Made by a program: the position numbers and the translations under genes. From the sequence record OP595146.1: a stretch of DNA of 64,000 bases; one strand, written 5' to 3'. The first letter of the stretch is position 1, and each line of letters opens with the position of its first letter. Shown piece after piece: positions 51,831 through 61,205 of the stretch. Under the pieces are notes generated by a model. It searched no databases, was not told the DNA's origin, and saw nothing but the letters and a program-made list of their open reading frames with translations. This DNA is from Escherichia phage vB_EcoM_DE17.

Positions 51831-52937
51831 TTATTCGTCTTTAGCGTCAGAACGAACGTCTACCAGCAACTGAGGACGAGTACAGTATGGCAGCATGTAA
51901 GAGTGAGCTTCAAAGTCAATACCTTCGTCACGGTCTTTTTCGTATTCGAATACGTACAGTTCCTGACCAAGTGTATTTGCGTAACCCATCTTAGGACATG
52001 GGCCATAAGCCACTTCGAAGATGTTGTTTGCTTCACCAAGCATAGAAACGTTAGGGAAAGCGTGTCCTACACCAACCTCTGCACCAGCACCATCAATGCT
52101 CACCAGAGTATGAACCTTACCACGCTTGTCTTTGAACTTACCGTTGTACTGGACAAACTTAACACCACCGTAGTAGAAGGTGTTCATGTGAGCCTGAACG
52201 CCGTCAGTACCACCAGTTCTCAGAGAACCAGTAATCTGTTGCCAAGCCAGTGGGGTCTGCTGTGCAAGATAGGCATCACGAATCTTAGGGTGTTTAGTCA
52301 GCTTGCTGAAGAATACACGGTCAACAACTACGTGAATTTCTTCACCGTTGATTACAGTGCCAGTCTTAGCTTCGTCTTCCATGTGCATACGCAGTTCTTC
52401 AATAGAAGCGTCGATGTCAGCATTAGGGTTGTCAAGGTCGAAATAAACAGTCTTCTTCTCAACGTCGAACTGCTTGTACAGGTCAGCATACAGAGTACCA
52501 CGAGCATCAACAACTTTACCCTTCAGAGCTTGCATAAACAGGAACTCACGAGTAATATCGAACTTGGTACGAATCTTCATCAGCTTCTTAGCACGTACTA
52601 CAGCTTCAGTAGTCAGTTCGTTTGCAGTGCCTGGCTGACGTACACCCTGAATTTCATCAGGAGTAATGCTTTCAACTTCTTTGAAGTACATCATTGGGAA
52701 GCTGATTTGACGAACACGCTCAGGTGCGCTAGTCTCTGCTTTACGGCTATCACGGTCTACCGCATCAAGCAAGCTAACATCCCAATCAGTCAAGTCCATA
52801 AGGAAAGTAGTTTGGGTGATTGGTGCTGAACGGAACAGACCTAAGTTGGAAATATACCCATAAGTATTTGGGATAGACTGGACTTCACCAGTCAGGTCAG
52901 CAAGGAAAAATCTGCTTTTTTCAGAATTAGTCAACAT
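51831..52937 (-). CDS. major capsid protein (lambda gpE-like fold family)
   Basis: 368 aa, preceded by a gpD-like decoration gene and an S49 protease as in lambda C-Nu3-D-E order. Confidence 0.8.
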   Translation of the reverse strand: MLTNSEKSRFFLADLTGEVQSIPNTYGYISNLGLFRSAPITQTTFLMDLTDWDVSLLDAVDRDSRKAETSAPERVRQISFPMMYFKEVESITPDEIQGVRQPGTANELTTEAVVRAKKLMKIRTKFDITREFLFMQALKGKVVDARGTLYADLYKQFDVEKKTVYFDLDNPNADIDASIEELRMHMEDEAKTGTVINGEEIHVVVDRVFFSKLTKHPKIRDAYLAQQTPLAWQQITGSLRTGGTDGVQAHMNTFYYGGVKFVQYNGKFKDKRGKVHTLVSIDGAGAEVGVGHAFPNVSMLGEANNIFEVAYGPCPKMGYANTLGQELYVFEYEKDRDEGIDFEAHSYMLPYCTRPQLLVDVRSDAKDE

Positions 52938-52970
52938 TGTAAAATTCTCCAGAATGTCTTATTATTGTTA

Positions 52971-53348
52971 TTACAGGCCAGTTGGTACGAAATCGATACC
53001 TTTAGCAGCCAGAGCTGTCTTGACGCTCTCGGCATTAACACCAGACTCAAGAGTCAGCATGTCTTTCAGTTCTGCGTCACGGTAAATACCAACAACTTTC
53101 AACTGACCGTGGTAAGACAGTTGCAGGTCTGCATAAAAGTTAACGATACATACAGAATCAGCCTGAGCTTCTTCCCCTGCTGCAACTTTAGTACCATCTG
53201 CTTTCAGAACTTCACCTACACGATATTCTGTAGATGCCTGTGGGGTGTACTCTTTACGAGAGTGGCCTGTTGGGGTAACCTGTTCCCAAAGAATGATATC
53301 ATTCAGAGGTTCTCTTTTACCTAACTTAGTAAAACCTTGATATGCCAT
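52971..53348 (-). CDS. head decoration protein (lambda gpD-like)
   Basis: 125 aa, between the protease/scaffold and the capsid gene. Confidence 0.65.
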   Translation of the reverse strand: MAYQGFTKLGKREPLNDIILWEQVTPTGHSRKEYTPQASTEYRVGEVLKADGTKVAAGEEAQADSVCIVNFYADLQLSYHGQLKVVGIYRDAELKDMLTLESGVNAESVKTALAAKGIDFVPTGL

Positions 53349-53359
53349 TATTGTGTTCC

Positions 53360-54706
53360 TTATTTGATAAGAGATTTTAGAGCATTCTGGAGAGCCAGTT
53401 TGCGTTGTTCAGCGGTGTCTTCGGAAGCATTCTTAGCTGGTTCTTTTTCTTCTTCAACTAAATCAGCTTCGCCGTCATTACCCACTTCTTCCATAGCGTT
53501 GGAATGTTCAAGAACAGCACCAGCAGTTTCTTTCAGCTTGGTAATTTCTGATTCTTTTTCTTCCATTGCAGAAGCATGGGACGCGATAGTTTCATTAAGT
53601 TTCTGGTTAGCACCTTCCATAGCATTCATAAACAGAACACTCAGAGGGTTATCAAGACCAGCACCTAAAATAGTCGTTGCAGCTTCTTTTGCATCAAATC
53701 CAAAAGCTTCAGCAGAAGCAGAAATCTTATTAGTCAAATCTGACAAAGCAGCTTCCTGTTCTTTAGCTTTCATTTGAGCAACCTGAAGACGCAAAGCTTC
53801 TAGTTCTTGCTTTTCTTGTTCAGTCATTTCTTCACCTGAATTGTTAACGTTTAAACTTACAGGAGCCTCTTCAGAACCTTGTAAGTAATTTAAGAAATCA
53901 TCTTGAGACATGATTGAGTTAATTAAACCAAGTTCAAGAGCTTCCTGAGCAGAATAAACATTCGCCTCAGTATTCTTTACAGCTTCTTCAGAGATATTAC
54001 GTGATTCAGCTACAAAACCTGTGAAGGTTGCGTAGGTATCATTAATTCTCTTTTGAAGTCTTTCTTTGCTTTCTTCTGAAAGTGCTTGGAATGGTGAACC
54101 CATACCTTTAAACTCACCAGCTTTGATGACGTTAATTGTTACGCCATTCTTTTCAAATGCCTTAGTTAATTCCTGATGAACCATGATTACACCGATAGAA
54201 CCAACATCTGCATCTGGTGATGCAATAATTTCTTCAGCAGAAGATGCAAGAGCATATGCAGCGGAACAAGCGAACTCATCTACATAAGCAATAATTTTCT
54301 TTTGGCCTCTTGAAGCCATAATGTGACGTGCTAATTCAAAGCAACCTGAAGCTTCACCACCACCAGAATCAATGTGCAGAACAATAGTCTTAATTGACTC
54401 ATCTGCTAAAGCTTCGTCAAAGCCTCTGCGTAAACCTTCATAAGAACTTAAACCACCTGTGCACATTGCATCAATGAATGTCATACGATGGGTTAAGCCA
54501 CCCATAATAGGGATAATAGCAATATCATCTTTTACTTTTAAAAGACTTCTTGCATCACCTTTTGGGTTATCAAAGTTTACTGCTGCTTGGACATCACCCA
54601 GCAATCTGTTATTCACATAAGTTGCTGCTGAGTGAGCTAATGATTCAGTGGCTAGTAAAGGTTGGTTGAATAATCTATCAGCAAGTCTGAAGATATTCGA
54701 ACTCAT
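53360..54706 (-). CDS. prohead protease (S49/SppA-ClpP-like) fused to a scaffold-like C-terminus
   Basis: IDSGGGEASG and FACSAAYALAS motifs in the N-terminal half. The C-terminal half is a Glu/Ala/Lys-rich coiled coil. Confidence 0.75.
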   Translation of the reverse strand: MSSNIFRLADRLFNQPLLATESLAHSAATYVNNRLLGDVQAAVNFDNPKGDARSLLKVKDDIAIIPIMGGLTHRMTFIDAMCTGGLSSYEGLRRGFDEALADESIKTIVLHIDSGGGEASGCFELARHIMASRGQKKIIAYVDEFACSAAYALASSAEEIIASPDADVGSIGVIMVHQELTKAFEKNGVTINVIKAGEFKGMGSPFQALSEESKERLQKRINDTYATFTGFVAESRNISEEAVKNTEANVYSAQEALELGLINSIMSQDDFLNYLQGSEEAPVSLNVNNSGEEMTEQEKQELEALRLQVAQMKAKEQEAALSDLTNKISASAEAFGFDAKEAATTILGAGLDNPLSVLFMNAMEGANQKLNETIASHASAMEEKESEITKLKETAGAVLEHSNAMEEVGNDGEADLVEEEKEPAKNASEDTAEQRKLALQNALKSLIK

Positions 54707-54717
54707 TTTTACTCACC

Positions 54718-55050
54718 CTATTTGTTTAAATCTACAGAGACTGAAGAGATAACATAGATACCTTCTTCAGCAAAGAATTGAGGTTTGCTAAGAGCACCAG
54801 TTGCCACGCATTTATCGTTAGCATCCCACAAGCTATAGTGTGAGACCGTTGCAGAAGCTGGAACAGTAATATTAACTGTGTCTTCTGAGGCAATTAAGCC
54901 ATTATCCGGTTCAGAAAAATAAATAGCCACTGGCTGAGTAACCTTATTTGCTGTAGGGTCTGCCGTTGGGTCTACATTGTGTAAAATAATAGTCGTTGGG
55001 GTTAGCGTGGCGAGGATTTTATTCTTACCATCAATAGTTAATGTTCCCAT
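54718..55050 (-). CDS. hypothetical structural-module protein
   Basis: 110-aa ORF. Confidence 0.45.
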   Translation of the reverse strand: MGTLTIDGKNKILATLTPTTIILHNVDPTADPTANKVTQPVAIYFSEPDNGLIASEDTVNITVPASATVSHYSLWDANDKCVATGALSKPQFFAEEGIYVISSVSVDLNK

Positions 55051-55550
55051 TAATTAAACCTTACTTTTTGTTTAAGGACTGTTGAATGGTTACCAGATTC
55101 ATCTACCACATTTACAATCATATCATATACTTTACCTTTGACAAGTACTTTGTAATCATTTTGTGAAAAAATGTATTCAAGTCTGTTTGTTTCTTTGTTA
55201 ACTGTCATTGGGGATTGAAATGCAGTATCGAGGGTAATGAAAGCGGCTTCAATGCTATTAACATTGATACGTTTATTCTCGCAGTTATATAACTTTACAC
55301 CCAAAAGGCATGAACTGTCAAATGGAATTTTAACAATTTCACTACAATTTCCTGAAATAAACGGTTTACCACTCATTGGTGCATCAAGTAACCTGCAAAT
55401 AGTGAAAACGTCAGAGACTCCACCATCACTAACATAACCTGAAAGGCTGACCCTTGAGCCAGCCTCTACAGATAGCTTATCAGTAATGATAAGGACACCC
55501 CTATACGAATGCACTCGTGTAGCATTTGAAATAGAGATAACTTCAGCCAT
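55050..55550 (-). CDS. hypothetical structural-module protein
   Basis: 166-aa ORF overlapping the portal stop. Confidence 0.45.
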   Translation of the reverse strand: MAEVISISNATRVHSYRGVLIITDKLSVEAGSRVSLSGYVSDGGVSDVFTICRLLDAPMSGKPFISGNCSEIVKIPFDSSCLLGVKLYNCENKRINVNSIEAAFITLDTAFQSPMTVNKETNRLEYIFSQNDYKVLVKGKVYDMIVNVVDESGNHSTVLKQKVRFN

Positions 55551-57025
55551 TATTTATTTGCCTTATTTGCTGTGCTTGGGTCTTTCGCTGAAGGTGTCTT
55601 TGCAGTACCTTCTCCAGCGGTCTTATAACCATCTCCTGAACGGCTTTGGCTATTTGGAGAAAGTTTTTCAGATACTGGCTGAGACTCATCAGCAGGAGGA
55701 AGACCAATATGCTCTCTAAGTTTGTTAGATAGCTCTTTGTCAACTTCCAAAGCACCTACTGCAACAGTCTTCTGAATATAAGAACCAATTACTTCAAGGT
55801 CTGGAGTTTCGATATCATCATATGTGATTTGTACATGTTCTTCATCATCCCACATATTAAGAGCATAAGTTTGTGCAACTAAATCACGGTTAATTACGTT
55901 CTTAATTTGCTTCAGCAGAATATCTACTGACATTGCTAATAGGCTTGTCTTAGAATCTGCAAGAGAGAATGAACCATATTTTGACTGACCCATAGCAAGA
56001 ACATCTGACATAAATGCCATCATAATTTGCTTGGAATATCTGTCAATGATAGAACCTGTATCGTATGCTTTAGCACCCTGTCTAGAAACTAATGAGAACT
56101 CGAAGATATCCTCTTTAGTATCTGGGTCGATATATCTAGGCCAGATTAAACCTGCTCTGTCATTAGCAATCATATCGTTAACAACAGTTTTGCAGTATTG
56201 TACGAAAGCTTTCTTTTCAGGCTCTGCATTTTCATCCAGATAGTCTGGTGGTAAACCAATCTTTGGCATACCTACTAAGTCTCTTGAAACACCAACAGCT
56301 TCATACTCTTCAATCTGTACTTTATATTTCCACGGTACATAAGCATTAAGTAATGGTGAACGACCTTCTGGGTTACCATACTCATCATCATACTTAAACA
56401 GCATGAATTTAGCTCGTGGGAGTTTTCTTGTTAGTGGTCTTTCTCCAAGATTAATTGCTCCAGCAATATGTGAAACATTTCTCAGATTCTGTCTAACACC
56501 AGTAACTTTTCTAAAGTCTTCGTCAAAATACCACTTATCAAGTGTTGACTGGTTTCTGATTGGTAATTTAGCCCATCCAATTAGACCATCATCAAATTTT
56601 GACTGGTACTTTCCTTTTTTACCCTGACGTTTCTTATAAACCTTTTCGTTAACACAGAACCCATAAGTGCAGAATGACATTACAGAGTTAATAAAATCTG
56701 CCCAATCATGCTCCATGTCATCCATTAAAGAATTAAAGAAGTCTGCTCTTTCAAGCATTTTAGGGTCTTGCTCTTTCCCCTTTGGAGGTACGAATCTCCA
56801 GTTGACTTTTCTGACAAACATCTTAATAATATTTACAGATGCTGCTACAGCAGGGTCACGCATCATTAATTGGAAAGTTTTAATACTTTCAGGGAACCTT
56901 AGTGCCTGACGAGGTTCTTCATAGATTCTTCCATTCTTAACCTTCAGACCCAAAGAACCTACTTCACCCATTCTAAATGGTGGTAAGCTTTCTTGTGTTT
57001 CTGTAATATCTGCCATTCTTCTCAC
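55550..57025 (-). CDS. portal protein
   Basis: 491 aa, directly downstream of the large terminase. Confidence 0.75.
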   Translation of the reverse strand: MRRMADITETQESLPPFRMGEVGSLGLKVKNGRIYEEPRQALRFPESIKTFQLMMRDPAVAASVNIIKMFVRKVNWRFVPPKGKEQDPKMLERADFFNSLMDDMEHDWADFINSVMSFCTYGFCVNEKVYKKRQGKKGKYQSKFDDGLIGWAKLPIRNQSTLDKWYFDEDFRKVTGVRQNLRNVSHIAGAINLGERPLTRKLPRAKFMLFKYDDEYGNPEGRSPLLNAYVPWKYKVQIEEYEAVGVSRDLVGMPKIGLPPDYLDENAEPEKKAFVQYCKTVVNDMIANDRAGLIWPRYIDPDTKEDIFEFSLVSRQGAKAYDTGSIIDRYSKQIMMAFMSDVLAMGQSKYGSFSLADSKTSLLAMSVDILLKQIKNVINRDLVAQTYALNMWDDEEHVQITYDDIETPDLEVIGSYIQKTVAVGALEVDKELSNKLREHIGLPPADESQPVSEKLSPNSQSRSGDGYKTAGEGTAKTPSAKDPSTANKANK

Positions 57026-57032
57026 CTAGCTA

Positions 57033-58634
57033 TCAACGTCTAAGCCCCTCATATGGGTTTCCTCTCACTAAGTCTGTGTGAGCACCCATTGATGGTGGCT
57101 TGAATAATTTAACTTCGTTAAGACTGTTGAAAGCATCACTGGTAGCATCCACTTGGTCATCTTTAGTTTTACCATCACCACAAAAACCTTCAAGTTCTTG
57201 GAAGTAAGCTTCGTTCCAACTACCTCTCAAGACTTTTACAAGTCCAGCTTCAGAAGCAGCAGAAAACCCCGCAAATCGGGTAACTTTGTCTTTATTTGTT
57301 GGTTTAGCTCTTGCTCGATAACCTTTCTCGGCAAGTTTCCTGATGAGGGATGTTGCGTAGGATTTACCAGCAGCGCCTGGGTCTTGAGGGATAAAAATAC
57401 CAGTTCGCTTACCGTCACTTTCAGCAGTCAAATTAATTTGTGTTTCGACTCCAGAGGGTCTATCTCTAAATCTTACTACATCAATGATATAATAGCAACC
57501 GTCTTTTTTAGATTTACCCATCTTAACACCTGCTGTCCAGTCTGGATTAGGGTTAATCTCAGATGGTAAAGTTGCTGCTAAGTCCCATGCTCTGACATCG
57601 AATACATCTTCTGGGAGTGAATCAACAATTTCACACCATTGTCTTTGCCAATAGTTTGAACCTTCTGCACGAGCCTTCCAGTTACCGAAACGAAGCCTTG
57701 CAACGTTTACAGGGGTGTTGTTTTCCAACTTACCACGATATTTAGGTTCTAAGAAGTCAAGAATTGGGTTATCATCAATCGTACCAGAGATGAATGTATA
57801 TGTTTGAGGAATCTCAAGAGGAAACATTTCAAGAATCTTGTCTCTCTCCCAATCAGAAACCATAACACCATCATTCATTACATACCAACGAATACGACCA
57901 CACTTTTCAGGGTCTGGGTAACCTTCTTCATCTAAGAATGGTTCTACCCAATCGTAAATAAAGTGGTCTCTGTCTGGGTTCATAGAAATCTTCATGTATG
58001 AATCACCTTCAGCCCCAGAACGTAGACGAGTCTGTAGGTATGAAATCTGTGAAGCAGAGAAGTGTGTACCTTCGTCAAAGTAAATAGCTGAATACTCAAT
58101 ACCCTGATGACCTTCAGCGTGCTTTTCAAGTTCTAGATAGGTAAACTTGATAGTTGCCCCAGAAGGGAATGTGATAGTCATCTTCTGCTCGTGAGGAACC
58201 CCACCAAACTTACCAAATAGTTTCTTTGCAGCAGGCCACAAACCACCTTGTAACTGTGTTGTGTTTCGACGGAAATATACAGCATTATAATTAGGGTCTT
58301 CAATAAATCTTAAAGAGTCCATTAACAATGCAGCAGTCTTACCAGCACCCGCAGCACCACCATAGAGAACCAAGTCAGCATTAGTATTTAAAAAGACCTC
58401 TTGAGAACCCGGCTGAGGGGCTACATAGTTCTTATCCGTCATCAATTTGAAGATAAGTCTAACTTGGTCTGGTGTGTATCTTAATAAAGTCAGAATTTGA
58501 GTTGGAAGGAATTTAGAGGGGTCTTTACCGAATGATTTGATAATTTCTTTTACTTCATCAGAAAGCCCCAACTCTCCAGCTAGGACTTTCCTAACATCTT
58601 CCACTCGCTTCTGCTTAACAGCATTTAAGTCCAT
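57033..58634 (-). CDS. terL: terminase large subunit
   Basis: Start at the ATG at 58634 behind GGAGGTG. Walker A GGAAGAGKTAA, Walker B-like AIYFDEGTHF, C-terminal nuclease-like acidic motifs. Confidence 0.85.
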   Translation of the reverse strand: MDLNAVKQKRVEDVRKVLAGELGLSDEVKEIIKSFGKDPSKFLPTQILTLLRYTPDQVRLIFKLMTDKNYVAPQPGSQEVFLNTNADLVLYGGAAGAGKTAALLMDSLRFIEDPNYNAVYFRRNTTQLQGGLWPAAKKLFGKFGGVPHEQKMTITFPSGATIKFTYLELEKHAEGHQGIEYSAIYFDEGTHFSASQISYLQTRLRSGAEGDSYMKISMNPDRDHFIYDWVEPFLDEEGYPDPEKCGRIRWYVMNDGVMVSDWERDKILEMFPLEIPQTYTFISGTIDDNPILDFLEPKYRGKLENNTPVNVARLRFGNWKARAEGSNYWQRQWCEIVDSLPEDVFDVRAWDLAATLPSEINPNPDWTAGVKMGKSKKDGCYYIIDVVRFRDRPSGVETQINLTAESDGKRTGIFIPQDPGAAGKSYATSLIRKLAEKGYRARAKPTNKDKVTRFAGFSAASEAGLVKVLRGSWNEAYFQELEGFCGDGKTKDDQVDATSDAFNSLNEVKLFKPPSMGAHTDLVRGNPYEGLRR

Positions 58635-58655
58635 TAAGCACCTCCGCAAATAGAA

Positions 58656-58856
58656 TTATTCAGAGTCTGTAGCAGTCTCTTCTTTCTTAACTTCGAACTT
58701 TGCATCAACAGCATCAAGAAGTGCATCCATAGATGCTTCTTTAATATCAATACCTGTTGCTACAGATAATCTGTCTGCAATTGCCATGATAGTATTCTGC
58801 ATAAATTCTAGCTTCTTATTAGCTTCATAAAGTTCTTTATAAACGGTCTCGCTCAT
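58656..58856 (-). CDS. hypothetical protein upstream of terL
   Basis: 66-aa acidic helical ORF with RBS GGAGAAAACATAATG. A small-terminase role is not supported. Confidence 0.45.
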   Translation of the reverse strand: MSETVYKELYEANKKLEFMQNTIMAIADRLSVATGIDIKEASMDALLDAVDAKFEVKKEETATDSE

Positions 58857-58892
58857 TATGTTTTCTCCAAATAGTTAATCATGTTTCCCCTT

Positions 58893-58916
58893 AAAAAAGA
58901 CGGTACAGAGACCGTC
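58893..58916 (-). terminator. rho-independent terminator preceded by a TTGACG box
   Basis: Minus strand: TTGACGGT-CTCTGT-ACCGTCTTTTTTAAG. Confidence 0.65.
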
Positions 58917-58981
58917 AAGGAGAAACCACAATGTACGTCAGAGACATACTGTATAAGGCTTCTTATAAAGTATAACTCTGT

Positions 58982-59041
58982 AAAAAAGCCCTGTCTAAAA
59001 ATACTCTTCGGTAGCGAAAGGAAGAATACTTATAGCAGGGC
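58982..59041 (-). terminator. long hairpin terminator at the end of the tRNA array
   Basis: Minus strand: GCCCTG...(imperfect extended stem)...CAGGGCTTTTTTAC. Confidence 0.7.
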
Positions 59042-59078
59042 ATTATTATTATTTTAATTGAGAGAGAGTAAAATAACT

Positions 59079-59154
59079 TGGAGAATCCGAAGGGACTCGA
59101 ACCCTTATAAACCTGTTTTGCAGACAGGCACATATCCATTTCTGTCACGGATTC
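59079..59154 (-). tRNA. tRNA-Cys (GCA)
   Basis: Hand fold fits canonical numbering exactly. Anticodon stem CCTGT/ACAGG, loop CTGCAAA, T arm AAGGG-TTCGAGT-CCCTT, CCA encoded. Confidence 0.85.
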
Positions 59155-59158
59155 AAAT

Positions 59159-59251
59159 TGGAGGAAGATACCAGACTTGAACTGGTACACCGATTTCTCA
59201 GCTACTGGCAGTTTAGCAAACTGCTCCCTTACCTTTTAGGGTTAATCTTCC
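59159..59251 (-). tRNA. tRNA-Ser (GCT), type II
   Basis: Acceptor GGAAGAT/ATCTTCC, anticodon stem GCAGT/ACTGC, loop TTGCTAA, long variable arm, T arm ACCAG-TTCAAGT-CTGGT. Confidence 0.8.
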
Positions 59252-59252
59252 A

Positions 59253-59987
59253 TTATTTCTGTAATGCGTTCTTCATTTCTGGTGTTGCAATAGTGTCAAT
59301 TACACCAGTTTTACAAGCATCATCAAACCAGTCTGGTAAGATACCTGCTAAGAACCCATTGATATTCGTTTTAAGGTACTCTGCAATAAGGGCAGCTTCT
59401 TCTTCAATCATCTGCACAACTTCATCTGCATAAGCTGTAATCTTTGAGATACCTTCATTAATCTTACTAACAGCTTGGTTAGCTAAATCAGAAATAGTAT
59501 CAAGACCTTTATCAATAGCATCCTGTAAGTCACTTAATACATCATTAACACCGTCTAGTGCACTGTTAATCGTATCCATAGCTTTTTGACCATACTCTGT
59601 AGCAACACCCATAATACCACTAAATGGTGTACAGCCAACTTGTTCACCTGCTGCACCCATAACATTAGAATAGCCTTTTGCTACCTGCATACGTGAGGAA
59701 AACTCATCAATGGACTTTTGACCATAATCTGTCAGTGTCTTAGTAGTTGATGTAGTGCTTGTCAGACTCGTTGTAAAGCTGTTAAGCAGAACTGTTGTAA
59801 GTCCAGCAGCAACAAGTTTATCTTTTATTGTAGGGTCTGTTACAGAGCTAATAGAGCTTACAAGTGATGTAGAGGCAGCTACGGTTCCACCGAGAACTGC
59901 TGCACCAGTAATAAGGGGATTAGAAAACCCTCTACCGGTTTTTAAGAGATTAAAAATCTCCTTACCTTGTTCTGTCATCTCTTTCAT
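59253..59987 (-). CDS. hypothetical protein embedded in the tRNA array
   Basis: The track ORF extends to 60050 but overlaps tRNA-Phe. The ATG at 59987 (MKEMTEQGK...) has the RBS AAGGTG. Ser/Thr-rich N-terminal part and helical C-terminal part. Confidence 0.6.
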   Translation of the reverse strand: MKEMTEQGKEIFNLLKTGRGFSNPLITGAAVLGGTVAASTSLVSSISSVTDPTIKDKLVAAGLTTVLLNSFTTSLTSTTSTTKTLTDYGQKSIDEFSSRMQVAKGYSNVMGAAGEQVGCTPFSGIMGVATEYGQKAMDTINSALDGVNDVLSDLQDAIDKGLDTISDLANQAVSKINEGISKITAYADEVVQMIEEEAALIAEYLKTNINGFLAGILPDWFDDACKTGVIDTIATPEMKNALQK

Positions 59988-60003
59988 TAAGCACCTTTGG
60001 AAT

Positions 60004-60080
60004 TGGTAGTCCAGTGGGATTTGAACCCTCTTCTCATGTTTTTCAGACACGCGCTTTAACCATATAAGCTACTTGGACTA
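60004..60080 (-). tRNA. tRNA-Phe (GAA), irregular acceptor/D junction
   Basis: Anticodon arm CGTGT-CTGAAAA-ACATG, D arm GCTT/AAGC, perfect acceptor TAGTCCA/TGGACTA. However, there are 4 nt instead of 2 between the acceptor and D stem, and one T-stem mismatch. Confidence 0.6.
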
Positions 60081-60085
60081 TAAAT

Positions 60086-60161
60086 TGGGGTGACCTACGG
60101 GATTTGAACCCGTATAGACCATGTTCACAGCATGGGTCATTACCATTTATGATAAGGCCAC
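60086..60161 (-). tRNA. tRNA-His (GTG)
   Basis: Anticodon arm CCATG-CTGTGAA-CATGG, T arm ACGGG-TTCAAAT-CCCGT, discriminator C, CCA encoded. Confidence 0.85.
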
Positions 60162-60192
60162 ATTTAAGGACTCTCGTAAGAACCCTTAGAAG

Positions 60193-60268
60193 TGGCAGCG
60201 GCATAAGGATTTGAACCTTAATAAGACAGCTTCAGAGACTGCTGCATTGCCAGTTATGCTATACCGCT
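60193..60268 (-). tRNA. tRNA-Gln (CTG)
   Basis: Loop CTCTGAA, D arm GCAT/ATGC, T arm TAAGG-TTCAAAT-CCTTA, discriminator G. Confidence 0.75.
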
Positions 60269-60273
60269 AAATT

Positions 60274-60352
60274 TGGTACTCCATATCGGATTCGAACCGA
60301 TACATAACACAGATTTTAAGTCTGGCCTCTCTGCCAATTGGAGTAATGGAGC
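60274..60352 (-). tRNA. tRNA with anticodon TAA (Leu-type) but short variable region
   Basis: Anticodon arm CCAGA-CTTAAAA-TCTGT, T arm ATCGG-TTCGAAT-CCGAT, acceptor GCTCCAT/ATGGAGT, 7-nt variable loop with no long arm. Confidence 0.55.
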
Positions 60353-60354
60353 AT

Positions 60355-60430
60355 TGGCGGGGGATGTTGGAATTGAACCAACTTCTTCGATTTCAAAGAC
60401 CGAGGTTTTAACCTTGTAAACTAATCCCCT
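60355..60430 (-). tRNA. tRNA-Gln (TTG)
   Basis: Anticodon arm TCGGT-CTTTGAA-ATCGA, D arm GTTT/AAAC, T arm GTTGG-TTCAATT-CCAAC, A1-C72 mismatch, discriminator G. Confidence 0.75.
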
Positions 60431-60438
60431 TTAAATCT

Positions 60439-60996
60439 TTACTTTCTCAGTGGATGAATAAAGAATGCCAACATAACTCTTTCCCTTGAGAATGCTCTTT
60501 CTTCTGGGACAACACTTTTTAGCTTCCATCCAACATAAATTCTCCAGTAGAATTGTTTACCAAAGACTTTAATTGATGGGATAAAAGCGAATAATCCCCA
60601 AGCATTACTGTTCCACATTAGGAGATAACCTGTCTGATTATCTTCAGGGTTAGAACTTACGTTGATATTACCTTTCCACTTAGTAACATCTTTTACATCT
60701 CTTCCTAATACATGGTAAGAGAAGTTATAAGCTTTGTTTCTCCAGAGCCAACCAACTCTCTGCATATAGACACCAAGCTTGCCAATCTTTCTAATCTTAG
60801 CCCATCGTTCGACATGCCCTTTATCACCATCAATTGGGTTGTCATATGTCTCCATCCATCTGAAGCCGAAAGGTAAGTGTCCTTTCTTCTCACTGTAAAA
60901 TGGAACTACAAAAGGTGCTAAGATAACTGCTAAGATTGCTGCAAATGGTTCTAACAAAGCTAAGAAAATCCATGAAGCATACTTCAAATATCTCAT
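60439..60996 (-). CDS. hypothetical membrane protein embedded in the tRNA array
   Basis: 185 aa with a hydrophobic N-terminus (ASWIFLALLEPFAAILAVILAPFVVPF) and a Trp-rich body. Confidence 0.6.
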   Translation of the reverse strand: MRYLKYASWIFLALLEPFAAILAVILAPFVVPFYSEKKGHLPFGFRWMETYDNPIDGDKGHVERWAKIRKIGKLGVYMQRVGWLWRNKAYNFSYHVLGRDVKDVTKWKGNINVSSNPEDNQTGYLLMWNSNAWGLFAFIPSIKVFGKQFYWRIYVGWKLKSVVPEERAFSRERVMLAFFIHPLRK

Positions 60997-61015
60997 CTAA
61001 ATAGCCTCTTTAAAT

Positions 61016-61091
61016 TGGCGCAGGATAAGGGATTCGAACCCCTATTAACAGCTTCGTAGACTGTTGCTCTATCCATTTGAACTAATCCTGC
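61016..61091 (-). tRNA. tRNA-Arg (ACG)
   Basis: Anticodon arm ACAGT-CTACGAA-GCTGT, D arm GTTC/GAGC, acceptor GCAGGAT/ATCCTGC. Confidence 0.85.
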
Positions 61092-61189
61092 TTACCTACA
61101 AGAACACCATACAGTTTTTCACAAGAGTTGTTTTTACGCCTGTTTTTGAATGACGCTATAAACTTTTTTGCAATTGACTTATTACTCAT
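61082..61189 (-). CDS. possible 35-aa basic micro-ORF between tRNAs
   Basis: AGGAGAACACTATG, then MSNKSIAKKFIASFKNRRKNNSCEKLYGVLVGKQD. The stop lies inside the tRNA-Arg 5' end. Speculative. Confidence 0.3.
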   Translation of the reverse strand: MSNKSIAKKFIASFKNRRKNNSCEKLYGVLVGKQD

Positions 61190-61205
61190 AGTGTTCTCCT
61201 AAAAT

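Noticed and set aside
51903-52829. 308-aa plus-strand ORF
   Set aside because: It is entirely antisense to the well-supported major capsid gene. Its sequence is low-complexity and Val/Phe/Ser/Leu-rich, typical of a shadow frame, and it has no RBS.
53337-53777. 146-aa plus-strand ORF
   Set aside because: It is antisense to the protease/scaffold gene and has Ser/Ala-rich shadow composition.
58963-59190. 75-aa ORF. Similar ORFs occur at 62192..62395, 63145..63426 and 63799..63987.
   Set aside because: They read straight through hand-folded tRNA genes or structured spacers. The perfect TAAGGAGGTG at about 62398-62407 has no suitably spaced start codon (GTG at spacing 0, or a 7-codon ATG ORF).
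59988-60050. N-terminal extension of the 265-aa track ORF
   Set aside because: It overlaps tRNA-Phe. An internal ATG with an AAGGTG RBS at 59987 is a better start.
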